NCBI GenBank assembly: GCA_965655095.1
Contig: OZ296650.1
Location: 106,578,001 to 106,642,000 of the forward strand
Direction of reading: 5' to 3'
Length of the DNA stretch: 64,000 bases
Source: Haplodiscus bocki
Lineage: Eukaryota
The translations under genes were made by a program, and so were the position numbers. This document shows positions 10,778 through 23,800 of this stretch, piece after piece; position 1 is the stretch's first letter, and every line of letters starts with the position of its first letter. The notes beneath the pieces are model-generated. The model was not told the origin of the DNA. It did not search any database and saw only the letters and a list, made by a program, of their open reading frames with translations.

Positions 10778-11169
10778 CTATTGCAATATTTTTCTAGAGA
10801 CATAATCGGGTACGTTTTCTATTCTTGTTCCAAAAGCGCGACTTCTCTGCAGCCTGGGAGTTTCTGACAGACTCGGGTGTTGATGGAGGAGGAGGAGCAT
10901 TCTCCTTGTCTTCCTCTTCGTCCAACACAATGGGAATTTCAATTGATCCCTCAACCGATAATTCGTCAAAATATAGTTTGAGAAAAGGGGGTGTCTATGC
11001 CTGGTCTGAACACTCCGTCCATGTCCAATTGTGAATTTTCCCAGTTGAACTCTATATCCTCGAGATCGGACACCTGATAGCTGCTAGTGTCCAAGTCTTG
11101 AGCCCCCACGCTGTAGAGTTCTTCGTCTCTCATCTCCACTGTTCCCTCCTGATTCTGAGTGATTGGCAC
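10778..11169 (-). pseudogene. Acidic low-complexity protein with KEN box
   Basis: ORF 10966-11169 continues after a frameshift as ..DELSVEGSIEIPIVLDEEEDKENAPPPPSTPESVR.. Confidence 0.5.
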
Positions 11170-11533
11170 TCATGGCAGATGATTATCCAAAAAATCTTGC
11201 CTTTGAGACAACAGCAATTGCCAGGCAGCTAGGGGTTTTTTTGTGAACTGATTGTTATATTTTGAACGAGATCAGTTACTGCAATAAAAACAGAGTTGGG
11301 AGCAAAATCGAGAGTCCACTGGATTCCGTCGTTAGGGATTGAGAAGATCATGATTTTCTGTAAGTTGAATGTAAGTTGAATAAATTTGAGCGGTTGACTG
11401 TAGATTGAAACTGAATAAAATGATTTGAAAAAAGAATATTTCGCTCAAATCATCAGCCAATAGGAAACCGATACGTTTATTCCATATTTGGACTCATTTT
11501 AACCTTTTTTGGTTCAGGTTCGGATGTGCTTGG

Positions 11534-12355
11534 TTATGATTGGCGGAAAAATTTCTTCAAAAATGGAGATGGTTTTTCTTTTTCGTAGTCGCGACTCATC
11601 TTTTTTCCAAAACAATGTGTACCGTCACCGCCAAACAACAAAATTGTCGGTTTTTGGTCCTTAAAGGAATATTCAAAACGTTGCATCAGGCGTTGCAAAT
11701 TTACAGTCGTAGAAACTAGTCGTTTTACTGGTTGAAATGTAAACACACTTTCCATTTTTACATGTTGGACAATACACATCTCCGATAGACTTTCGTACTT
11801 TGTTGTCCACAGACAATTCTTTCTTTCCATATTTGGTTGATTGAAATGGGACATTAAATAATAGTTGTTTTGTTGGGTAACAAGTTCATCTCTTTCTAAC
11901 AAAGAAAAAACGTGTTTTGTCTGTTTTTGTCGTCTTTACGAGCTCTTGTAAGATAAAAGGAACATCTACAAGCATAAAGGGATCTTGGAGTTGTTTCATA
12001 ACCACCAAGATATTCGCATTTCTCCCTGTTGGAACAATAATTGACGGGACAATAGACATCTCCAATAACATCTTGAACTGATTTTGAGCTATCTTCAAAA
12101 ATGTAAACACCTTGACCAAGCGACAAGAATAAGAATTTGTTTGATCTTCAAAAGGAATATTGCTCACCTGGCACACAGATCCACATTGGGGACATTGATA
12201 ATCGCTTCTGCCAAGAGATTGAAAAGTCTTTTTGCGCAGGCAAAGTTTACCCAACCACTTTGTATTTGGAAAATACACGTCCCCAATGAGAATAATGGTG
12301 CTATTGTCATACCACAATCAGGGGTGAATGCACTACACATTGTGATTGCTCTCAT
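11534..12355 (-). pseudogene. Polinton hypothetical Cys-rich protein(s), frameshifted
   Basis: Fragments with repeated IGDVY, CPQCGSVC, CPVNYC and YACRC. Confidence 0.4.
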
Positions 12356-12965
12356 TTATTTCACACTTGTTTCCAACGTTTTATCGGTTCTTGTAGAAAT
12401 GGTGAATTTCTTGATGGTTAAGGTTGACAATTTCTGTAAGAACAAATTGATTGCCGTGTACTTCAAACATTTTGAGGGAAAACATTCAAAAATGTTGTTG
12501 CCAAATCGGAATGATGAATGAATTTGTCTATTTGGATGTTCAATGATATCGTTATAGTAATCAGCAAAAAAATTGTCTTTTGACTTTGTAGATCCAATCT
12601 CAACTTTGGGCTTTGGTAGGGGTATCTGTATGCACTTGCTCGCTTGGTCAGAAGTTTTGAGAGAATCGCACAGTTTGTCAACCAAACAAGTGAGTTCTCT
12701 TCTGGAGATAATCACTTCTTCTTGGAGGACATAACGTTGCTGTGTCTTTAAATCGCAAAACTGGAACAACTTGATTGAAAATATGTTTCTTTCTGTTGGA
12801 GCCTCTGCTAACTCGCACTATTCGATGCTGGGACTGGGAAATGTCAAAAACTTTGTGGTGAGAATAACTATCTACGTCAGTTTCGTCCAAAAACTCCTCC
12901 GGTATTTCTTCGTAAAATGAATAAATTTTGCACAAACTTGGAATTTGGTTTTTGACAGACATCAT
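12356..12965 (-). pseudogene. Second tandem PC4/whirly-like protein, two frameshifts
   Basis: HRIVRVSRG..FSIKLFQF..QEEVIISRRELTCLVD, then RQIHSSFRFG..FSLKMFEVHGNQFVLTEIVNLNHQEIHHFYKNR. Same repeated pattern as 8064-8642. Confidence 0.45.
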
Positions 12966-13289
12966 ATTCCTTTAGTTAGTAAAGTTTGCAAAATGAATTT
13001 ATCGGTTGTGTGACGGTGAAAATTAATGCAGTTTTCGAGTTTCAATGAAAAAAATTTAACCAATGAAATTCGAATATTTCTCTTTGAATAATTAGATATG
13101 AAGCCGTGGTTTAGTGATTAAAAGCTTTGTTTGGTTCACTACAAGGACTTACGTTGATAATTCCTCGAATCGGAAGCTTTTAACCTCTACACTACACAAT
13201 CTGTGCAAAATTCAATTTTTCTTCCTTATATGGCCGTTTTTTTGATCGACAGTTGAAACCTAATAAAACAAGACAAACAAATTAAATTT

Positions 13290-13510
13290 CTCAGACAAGC
13301 CGTCTCTAAATCAGGAGAAATTGTTCCACTTGAGTAATTTTATCAGACACGCTGTGGCCTTATCGAGGGAACTTGTTCCACTTGAGTAATTTCATCAGAC
13401 ACGCTGTCTGGGAATGTTTATGTTTTTGATTAGTTTCCTCAGGCAACCTGTCACCATACTAGGGGAACTTGCTCCACATGAAAGGTTTTCACAGACAAGC
13501 GGTCTAGACA
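13290..13510. repeat. ~55-bp degenerate tandem repeats in the PolB/accessory divergent intergenic region
   Basis: ttgttccacttgagtaattt(t/c)atcagacacgctgt occurs twice, plus degenerate copies. Confidence 0.7.
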
Positions 13511-13769
13511 TTTAATTAGAAATTTATTTAAATACAATTGGTTTTCAAGATGAAAGAGAATGATTGACAGCACTTGCGGTTTATCCTTTTATGAATAGTC
13601 TTGCCTTTTTTGGTTGGTCTTTCCTTTTATGGAATTTTCCGTAAAGGGGGAATATAGTAAAGAAATACTTACTACTTACTAGTACCGATATCTCTTTTGC
13701 ATTGCTACCGTCAAGTCGCTTGAATCTTCACGTTTGTTTCAGACTATTCTGTCAAACTACTTTTGTTGA

Positions 13770-16700
13770 AAAGCCTTCGTTAATCCGGAAAGAAAAAATT
13801 ACATGTGAAAATTGTAGTACCCAAATTACAAGGAACAATATTGTACGGCACAAGAAGAGATGTTCAGTTGGAACACTGTATTGTACCCATTGTCCCAATT
13901 TCTCAACAAAATCCCAAAATGATAGGAATTACCTTTTGCTAGGAAGCACAGTGCCCCAAAAACCTGAGGTCACCTTCAAATGTAGACTTTGCTATCAAGA
14001 GTTTCCAGGATTTTACGCTTTACGTCAACATAGAAACACTCAACACGGAATGGAGATCGGATCAGGAACAAGAGATGTGGATGTGGAACACATAGTGGGA
14101 GATGTTGAGGATCACAAATTGAGAGAAGAATAGCGTTCCTGTCATTTTTCTTGGTGGTTTCCGAACTTGAAAGGGCGAGACACAAAGTGTTCAATTACGC
14201 AGTGGAAACTCTCAACGAAACAATCGTGAACGAGAAACTTGATCATTTTTCTACAATTTGAAATGTGCAGCAAAAGTGAGTCTGGCTTTTGGTTTCATTT
14301 TGAAAAATATAGAAGATGGAGGGTTTAGATAGTTTTTCGAACACGAAAACAATACCCTGCTCGATCGATCCAAACTTGTGTGCACCCATGACGACTTGAC
14401 AAAGTTGAAAGATTTTCTCCTTAAAACTGACGTCATAGAATCTTGTAGCCGAGAAAGAATGAACAAAAAGTGGAGGTTCTACAAGTTGACAAACCTAACT
14501 CTATTTGCTGCTTTACTCAAAGACATACCCATGGGGTGCAAGAGCGCAGTCTTACCCGAACCTCTGCTTCAAAATCACACAATCAGCTGTCTCACGTTTG
14601 AAGAGAACACGAGACAACCATATAATGACAACCTGTGTCTTTTTCAAGCTCTTGCTCTCCATATGCAGGGAAATTAACGACTGGAAGAAAAGACTTCGAA
14701 ATTATTCAATTTATTCATCAATAAAATGGATGGATTGAGTGCCGATCAATTCCAAGGAGTCCATATGAACGATATTCCTTTTGTTGAAGATCTGCTAACT
14801 CTCAACATTGTGCTGTATGTTATCGATATTGTGGATGGCAACATTATCAGAGAACTCGCAAGACGAAGTGTGCAGAAATACGAAAAAAACTGTGCGACTG
14901 CTAAGATACAACAACCACATATGCTACGTGAACAACATTAATGCAGTCTTCCAATCTTTTCGCTGCCCTAATTGTGACACTTTTTGCAACAGAACATTCA
15001 ATTTGGAGCGACATTTAACTACATGCAGTAAACGAGTGAAAATATCTGTCCGCGGAACGTATATCAAATCCGAGAAACTCTCTTTGACAAGCTGGACTCT
15101 TTCGGTATCAAGTACACGAGTGAACAAAAACTGTTCAAAAATTTACCATTATTCGACTTTGAATCGATTTGTGTCCAAGAGAAAACCTTCAGAGACACAA
15201 ACACAACAACTTGGGTAGGCAAACATGTCCCGATATGTGTATCAATTTCTTCAAACCTTGAGGAAGAACCATTTTTCATCTGCAACTCTGATCCTCATCA
15301 CCTCGTTGCATCTTTTATTTGAGTTCTTGAAAACTCAGCTTTCCAAAGTAGAGAGAAAATGAAAAACTTGTTTCTTGATATTGACGTATCGAAACAACAA
15401 TAAAGAGAAAACTGGGTAGCATCTTGGAGAAACTTGCCCAACGTCAAAATCGACCAGAGAGCGCGAGGTTTGACATGATTCAAGATGATTGTGATAACGA
15501 AGTTTGTGCCTCAACTCAATTCTTGCAGATACAAAAAAATCAATTAATTGATCTTCAAGTATCTCTGGAACGTTATTGCAATGTTTTATCCGTGTTTAAT
15601 TTCAACAGTGCAAAGTACGATCTCAACTTAATCAAATCCTATTTACTACCCATTCTCGTTAACGAACGAGACATTGAACCCACTGTCATCAAGAAACGAA
15701 CCAGTTCATCTCGTTCAATTTTGGTGATATTCAGCTATTGGATGTAATGAACTTTCTTGGCGGAGCAAAAAGCCTTGATTCATTCTTGAAGGCCTACAAA
15801 ACTTCAGAAACAAAAAGATTTTCCCCGTACGAATGACAAAATGACCCTGACAAAATGCAGAATACAGAACTTCCCCCAAGTGACGCCTTACACAGTAAAC
15901 TTCGTAGCTGTAACCCTCTTGAAACCGAATACACGGACTATGTTAATCTATTGAAAAGTGGATTAACCACAGAACAAGCCATCGTCAAATTAAAATTATC
16001 AGAGCCACCCCCTACTGGGGTTAGAAAATATCAATACTTGCAAGAAATATGGAAGCAGGAACAAATGAGTTCCTTCAAAGACTTTCTGCGCTGGTATAAC
16101 AATAAAATGTTGTGCCAACTTTGGAAGCAAAGAAAAAATGATTGCTTTTGACCATGACAAAGATATCGATATGTTAAAGTTTGGTTGTACTTGACCAAAC
16201 CTGGCCATTATTTGCTTACACAAAGCTACTCATGCAAAATTCCATCCATTCACGGAAGGAGATAAAGACCTTTTGGAAAAAAATCGAGAAGATGTTGAGA
16301 TGTTGTTGGTGGTCCATCTATCGTTTTTACACGCAAAGCAGTTGTTGATGAAACTTTTATACGAAAGTCTGCAAACATATGCAAATCTATTGTTGGGATT
16401 GGTGCCAGCCAACTGTACTCCTACTCGATGTGTCAACCCATGCCGGCCGGTCCTTGAATGCGTTGGGATTTCGATTCAGAAACGAGTAGATTCACACCTC
16501 GACAAAACAAGACCCGCAGCTTTGAAAATATGGTCATGTCTAATTTCCAACGAACAAGACCAGAATGTGAAATTGAAAGCTTCTTTACAACAGGCAGACA
16601 GTAGAAAATTAACTGCTTCAGTGCTGATGGGTTTTGTTCTCAATGCAACACTGTGTTTGAAGCCATGGGTTGCTTTTACTACTTCTGTCCCTGCGAAGAG

Positions 16701-18126
16701 CTGCGTCCTTCTCTCACTGAAGAGGATATTCAACGTGGTAGCAAGAAGAGAGAGCTCGATGCATTGAGACGACACTATATACAAGAGAAAGGCTTCAAGG
16801 TTTTTGAAATGCGGGAGTGCGAATGGTGGAGACTGTACAAAACAACCAATACTGTTAAACTACATATCTGAGAACACTTTCCTTACAGGCGTTCAATTGC
16901 AGCTGGAAAATTTTTAGAAGAAATAAAAGAAGGAAATTTATCTGGCTACGTGCAGTGCGATATTGAATTACCTGAAAGTTTGAGATCGAAATTTGATAAC
17001 TTCCCTCCAATTTTCAAGAACACTTTAGTTAGCAAAAATGACATTCGTGACTTAACGAAAACATATGCCGAAGAAGAAAGAATAATGTCTCAACCTCGGA
17101 AAATGTTGATGTCAAGCTTCACATTACACAATGGAACATTTATTACTCCTCTGCTGTTATTTTATTTACAATTGGGTCTTGTTTGGACAAAAATACACCG
17201 TTTGTTGAGTAAACTCCAAAGAAAAGCTTCAACAGTTTTGTGCAGTCAGCAGTGGACGCAAGAAGGCAAGGTGACGAAAATCCAAATTCAATTGTCGTCG
17301 CAGAAATAAAAACGCTTCTAGCCAACAGCTCCTACGGTTACCAGATCTTGGAGAGGAGCCTACACACTGTAACGAAGTATCTCAGTGACGAAAAAACACA
17401 TGCGGTCGTTAATAGTAAACTGTTCAAAAAACTAGATCGTGTGAACAATTCATTGTATGAAATTGAACTCGACAAAGCACAGATTGAACACAAAAAGCCA
17501 ATCATTCTTGGCTTCCTTATTTTTCAATAAGCAAAACTGCGAATGTTGGAGCTGCACTACAACTTCTTCACCAGATTCTGTGATGTAAACAAGTGCGAAG
17601 AGTTGGAAAAGGACACAAATTCGCTGTATCTTGCTCTTGCCGAGAAAGAACTGGAAGATTGTATAAGACCTGCAATGAGAGCGGAATGGCAGAAGTTGCA
17701 ATCAAATGACTGTGTCGATAGTTTCACTGCTGATGCTGTAGCAAATTTCTTCCCCAGAACATGTTGTGTAAAACACAAACAACATGATAAGAGCGAGCCT
17801 GGCCTATTTAAAGAAGAGTTCAGATGTACGGAGATGTTACGTCTAGGCAGTAAAACATACTGCTGCTATGACGTCACCTTTAATAAACTTAAAATTAGCA
17901 GTAAAGGTCTCAACAAATGCGTACTGGAACAGATCGGGGCAGACCACTGGAAAAGTATCGGAGAGTCTTGAACGAAAAGGTAAACGTCACTTCGAACAAC
18001 AAAGTATTCCGAACAAACAATCTTTTTGTTGCTACCTATAAACAAGTTAAGAAAGGTCTTTCCTATTTTTGCCCAAAACGAATAGTCCAGACTGATGGAA
18101 TTCAAACTCAACCGAATAACTTGTAA
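13770..18126 (+). pseudogene. polB: Protein-primed family B DNA polymerase with N-terminal C2H2 zinc fingers and internal VSR-like nuclease; many stops/frameshifts
   Basis: CENC..RHKKRC, CTHC, CRLC..HRNTQH; exo motifs FDFES, FNSAKYD, YNNK; VGGPSIVF; GASQLYSYSM (motif A); VFEAMGCFYYFCPC..GFKVFEMRECEW (VSR-like); KTLLANSSYG (motif B); KDTNSLY (motif C); PGLFKEE, KTY, SSKG. Confidence 0.95.
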
Positions 18127-18254
18127 GATGTTCAAACATTTTTTCATATTATAATGTCGTGTATTTGGTCACATTTATACACTATTATTAACGTTTTAAA
18201 ACATTATTACAAACTTTTTACATAGCACTAAATCATATCAATATAAAGGAGCCG

Positions 18255-18940
18255 TAGGCGTACGGCAGCACGCGTAAAAAACTATCCGCATGCGAAAAAA
18301 AGTTTACGCAGGCGTAATAAACTATGCGGGCCCACACAATGTCTCTCCAAATAAGGAAGGATTAGACCCGTTGTAAAGCCCACATTGGCAAAAGACCCCC
18401 CTGTTGTGGACATCCCCATCCCTTATAATACTTAAGAGCATTCCCCGTCTTAATACGCTGACCCGAAAAATAACCTATTTTAATACATTGAACCGAACTA
18501 TACCCTGTTTTAATATATTGACCCGACCTATACCCTATCGTAACACATTGACCCGAACTAAACCCTATCTTACTACATTGCCGAACTATACCCTATCTTA
18601 ATACATTGACCTGAACTATACCCTATCTTAATACCCTGAGCCGAACTATACCCTGTCTTAATACATTGCCGAACTATACCTTATCTTAATACATTGACCC
18701 GAACGATACCCTATCTTAATACTTTGAGCCGAACCCTATCTTAATACATTACAGTCGGCAGCCAATGAAATCCGAATATTACGTCACCCGAGTCGTCAGC
18801 CATTCAGAGTCGAGCACCCGAGAGCTCTCGCCTCGGGTGGAGGTCACTTCTTGGCTATCGGCTTGAGTCCGCTTGCTATAGCCTATCCTAATACATGGTG
18901 ACCTCCAATCCCCACCTGATCTGATCACTCTTCTACTAGT
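18255..18940 (-). repeat. Right terminal inverted repeat of the Polinton (about 10 array units)
   Basis: Reverse complement of the left TIR, with ccgaactataccctatcttaatacatt units at ~18445-18750. Confidence 0.93.
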
Positions 18941-20408
18941 ACTACTACTTTTTTTGCTGGTTCCACCCTAGGTATCGGTAAGCTATCCATTGGAGCCAAA
19001 ATTGAGTCAAATACTCTGGTATCGACCGTAGGTACAAGGTTATTCACTCCACAGGGTACCTTTTTGGAAGTTTTAGTTCGTGTTTGCATACCAACTGCAG
19101 AACCATAAACAGGAATAGAGTGGTTAGTGCCACTGGAAGCAAAATTTTCACTTATCGCATCCATCATGCTTTCATCTTGAGCGTCGTGGTTGTTGTGTTT
19201 CATCAAAAATTGTCCGTGGTTTCATCTAACAAGCTAAAATACAATATGTTTTGCTACCTTCCTTTGCATGTAGGAACTTTGTTAATTACAAAAAAAGAAC
19301 CTTTCCAAACTTCAAATTTTTGTATCACATATTTACAAGTTACTCAATGGTAGAACATATCACGTTTTTTCGATTAGGAAATCAATGAATTGCCAGGTTG
19401 CCAGTTTTTGTTATGAAAACTCCCCTTGGGGTCAGCTGGCGATGGCGTCTCCTCCGTTGACCTTCATATCGGCATCAAATCGGAGTGTGTCATTTCATGA
19501 CGTCACAATTGGACCTCTAGCTGAATCTAAAACCACAATCAACATCAAAGGATTTTTACCGCAATTCGCAAGATGTCCTCAAACAATTTCTACACATAGA
19601 GACAGGGTGGGAAAACACTGTTGGGATTTGGATGTTGTTTTTCCCAGGATCTACTGTTCTTCATTCATAGGTCTTGGTTTGGGCAAGAGTTAATTTTTTG
19701 GATGATTACCTGTTGTCATAAGGTATTGGGGTAAGTTAGAGCGCGGTAAATATAATTTGGGGTCTCAACTTCTGATTTCGGTTAATTTAGTTATATGAAA
19801 CTTGTGTTTGCCAATGTGACTTATTTAAACTCCAGTTGCGTGTTTTGTTCTTGCTTTTTAAAATTGCGCCAAAAATCAGCATAATATTATCAACAGCATG
19901 GCTCATTGACATTTTCACGTGTGTCTATAAAACTTGACTACTGCATTTGATATTTTTCTTCAGCTTGAATCTTTAATATGCAGTACATGTTAGGATGGCA
20001 CATACGCATGACGCTGTATGAGTTCTTGGTCAAAAGTGGTTGCTTTGCCTAACCATGGGGAGTTGGCCAAGTCACCAGTGGGTTTCTTGAACGTTCCCTG
20101 ACTGATTTTTTCCTATGAAACATGGTGTTTTTGCTGTCATATTTTATTGGTCATGAGGCGATAAAATTTTGCATTTCGATTTTTTTCCTCAATGTCCAAA
20201 GTTCTTGTATGTTTTGAGTAGAATAGTCAAATAGTGATTCTGAGAAATAAAACAGGGCCTTCTTGGCATCATCGAGTGTGTAAGCATCATTGCAAGGTGT
20301 TCATTTCAAGCAAGTAGGCACAGGGATTCAAAATCAACTTTTCCTCTACTATATACTGACCGCTCAAAAAATCAGCATTCAGCTTCTTTTGTCTCGCTAA
20401 CTTTTTTA

Positions 20409-20608
20409 NNNNNNNNNNNNNNNNNNNNNNNNNNNNNNNNNNNNNNNNNNNNNNNNNNNNNNNNNNNNNNNNNNNNNNNNNNNNNNNNNNNNNNNNNNNN
20501 NNNNNNNNNNNNNNNNNNNNNNNNNNNNNNNNNNNNNNNNNNNNNNNNNNNNNNNNNNNNNNNNNNNNNNNNNNNNNNNNNNNNNNNNNNNNNNNNNNNN
20601 NNNNNNNN
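20409..20608. other. Assembly gap (200 N)
   Basis: Run of N. Confidence 1.
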
Positions 20609-20899
20609 GTTTCCTACAAGTCAGACTGAAAAGGTAGCCCCATGTGAGAGAAAAAAAAAACTGCTGCCACTATCAAATGAGAAAAAAGCCCTACAGACGG
20701 TCACGGACACTGCTCGACAACAACAAAAAGCGAAAGTAGAAGACACCTTGACAGTCTACAAATGATGATATGCTAGTACCAAATCAACGGCAGCAGCAAG
20801 AACAAAATGGCAAACCCTAAAGCCCATGTCTACAGACGAAAAATTTGTGGTTTCTCAGATGACCTTTGAAGATTAGCAAAGAACGCCTTCAAGGTGAAG

Positions 20900-23800
20900 G
20901 CACTCATTAAGCATGACAAAATCATTGTAGCGAGAATGCTCCCTACATTCAACGCTCGATCCTGTTGGCAAACTTGGAAAGCTGAATAAGTGACTGAATT
21001 GTCCAACATTTGCAAAAAGAACTAAAATAGGATAAACTAAGGTCTCCCTTTCCCAGAGAGCTACCTTCGATGTCAACCAACTTTTTGGAGCCAAAATTGA
21101 ACAGCCCAAACAGAAAAAAAGCGACTTAACTGCTAACCCGTCAAACCTGAACACCATGGAGCTCGAAGCAGAAAACACAAGAGAGAACTTCATAAAATAC
21201 ACAACTACTCAGTGGTAAAAGGAACCTTCTGTTGCATCGGAGTGACGATGGGAGACGGCAAAACTACAACTTCACCACATAAAAGATAAATCTCTCAGAC
21301 TTTCATCGGAAAAAGGACAAAATATAGAGTAGCAAGAGACTACTCCCGGCTGAACACTATTACAATGACACAACTACGAAATAGAACCATACTGCAGCTC
21401 AGGAAACTACAAAAAAACATAAAAATCAATTAAACACAAAAACACAGAGTCCACGGACGACGCAGAAGACAAGAATGGATCTTGAACGACAATATTCACT
21501 GCAACAAACAGCATATCAGCAACTCTAATTGGACGCTTCATTTTTTGCAACTTCGACACAAAGAGAAACATTTGATGAGATCTTTGTTCAGAACAACGGA
21601 ATTTTTGGCAGACCTACACTTTGCATAGGCATAAACCAAGAAGTCAAAATTCAATTGACGCCAAAAACAAATGCGTTTAAAGGCAATGGCTATCAATGCC
21701 AATCAACCTACGCCCGTGTCTGATAGTCCAACAACGCTAATGTAAAAAACAGGCATAATTTTAGTTCTACAATTGTCGCAATTTGGGAGCCCTATTCGTT
21801 GCCAAAGAAAACATTTTGTTAAAGTTTCTGGCTGAACTTCGTGAAGTAAACAACTAAATATCTGAGGACTATATCAACAACAACCACCCACTCACTTCAA
21901 TGTAGCAGGTGCATCCCAGCACCTCGCAGCCAAACAACTGCTTTGCGCAGTAGGTTTCACAAGCCTCCAGATGGCAGACAAGAGATCAATAAAGCTTTTG
22001 TCCTTTAACCCTGCAAGTAAAACGTTCTCCCCCAAAAGGATAGCACAAGAATTAGGTCAACCATCATTGTTTTTTCCCAAGTTCTCGGATGAATGCATAG
22101 AACCAAAAATGGAAACAGACCATGGTGCCCAAGATGCCGATGATATTGGCATATCACCAAACTTAACGGAAGAAATTTTTTCAGGTCAAAATAGTAGTTT
22201 TCGATTGCATACGGAAAGCAGTATTGAAACGCACCACAAAAATGATCCAATTCAATGATCAGGATGTTTAAATTCAGGGCGGCATCATCACGCATAAAAA
22301 AATCGCACCACAGTCGGAACATACCACAAACAACCTGCGGAAAGTGAAACTCGCGATATCCTATTTACGATTCGTACAAGGAAACGAATGGTTTTTGAAC
22401 TATTACAAAAACAAATACCAAAAAAATGCGAAAAATTAAAACCCTTCCACAGGCTTTCAATAACTGGCGAAACAGTGGCAATAAGACAAGGACTGGCAGA
22501 AAACTTCGAGACAATCAACGAAGCATTCGATGACACCCGTGAGTTGGATCTTTGACCGCTACTGCCCCGCAAGCAAACAGTACTCACGATTGACGACAGC
22601 TTCTGCCCCGAAAGGTACGCACTCATGATTGAAGGCGAAGTCAATCAAAAATGGAACTCAAAAAATGACGTTTGCATTGATTGTTTTTCGCTCTAAATTC
22701 TTCAAGCCGTTACAATTGAATATTCCAAAAAATTCCAAAGCGTTGTTTGAAAGTTTCCGCGCTTTCCTGGAAAAAACTACATACAACGAGAAGTCATACA
22801 ACCAGTTCAAGTCTTCACAGATAACACAAGAGAAAAACGATACTTCCGAGCAAAAGCAAGACCACCCGCACTTTGAAACGCCCGCAACTACGTTTACATC
22901 AAAACTTGGAAAAGCTACACCTTCCAGGCTCGACGAACACAGCAGTTGGCTGACTATACCGACTATTATTAGACCTACAAGACAAAGTCCGGCTAAATTT
23001 ACCGGTGGAAGTAGAGACCAAAGCCATTGAAGTTTTTTTCGACTCCTTGGACGTCGCAAGGGAAGAACAAACTTCTTCACTACCCAACGAGGAGCCCGAA
23101 AAAGAAGACGTAACTTGTAATATTACAAGTGACGTAATGTGGAACCCCAAAACAAAACGACCAGGAGAACTGAAAAAACAAAACTTTGATGAACTCAAAA
23201 TCTTGAGAGCGGACACCATAGCGATACAAACTGCGTTGACATCGTTTTTGGTAGGTTACTTGGAAAATGACCCACTTAACCACTTAAACGACGCAAACAG
23301 GACGTCGACCCAGTACTGAAAAACCACAAAGGCGAACTCCTAGGCCTAGAATATGACAAATTTCAATAGGAAACTGCTAAAGTACTCACTAAGTATCATG
23401 TGTTTAATTGAATGAAAACAGTCCTATTGAAAAAACGCTGCAATTAATTAGCTAAAATTAAAGACCTATAAGTCTTACTATCAAAACACCTGCTAATACC
23501 TCTACTATAAGCAAAACGTGGGTAACAAGGTGAACAGCGAGGGGTGACGAAAATGCCTAAGGACTTCAGAGGAAGGCACTACTATCCATCACTGGCTTGA
23601 AATCAACACAATTGGCTGGCTGAATGCAAATCTTGTTCTCATATTAGGTGGATTTTCAGACGAAAACTGAAACCCCTGGTGATAGGCACATTCAAATCAG
23701 CAATGGGACCCAAAGAGGCAATCGAAGTTGTTGTATCACTAAACGTACCAGCATAAGGATGTTACAGCTTCATAACAGATGGAGACATCTTCGAGATTTT

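Larger units (their letters stand above)
1803..18940. mobile_element. Polinton/Maverick (adintovirus-like) element, decayed, capsid module deleted
   Basis: Starts AGTAGTAGAAGAGTGA and ends TCACTCTTCTACTAGT (inverted match, 1 mismatch). Flanked by ACTACT at 1797-1802 and 18941-18946 (6-bp TSD). Contains pPolB, ATPase, integrase and minor capsid remnants. Confidence 0.95.
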
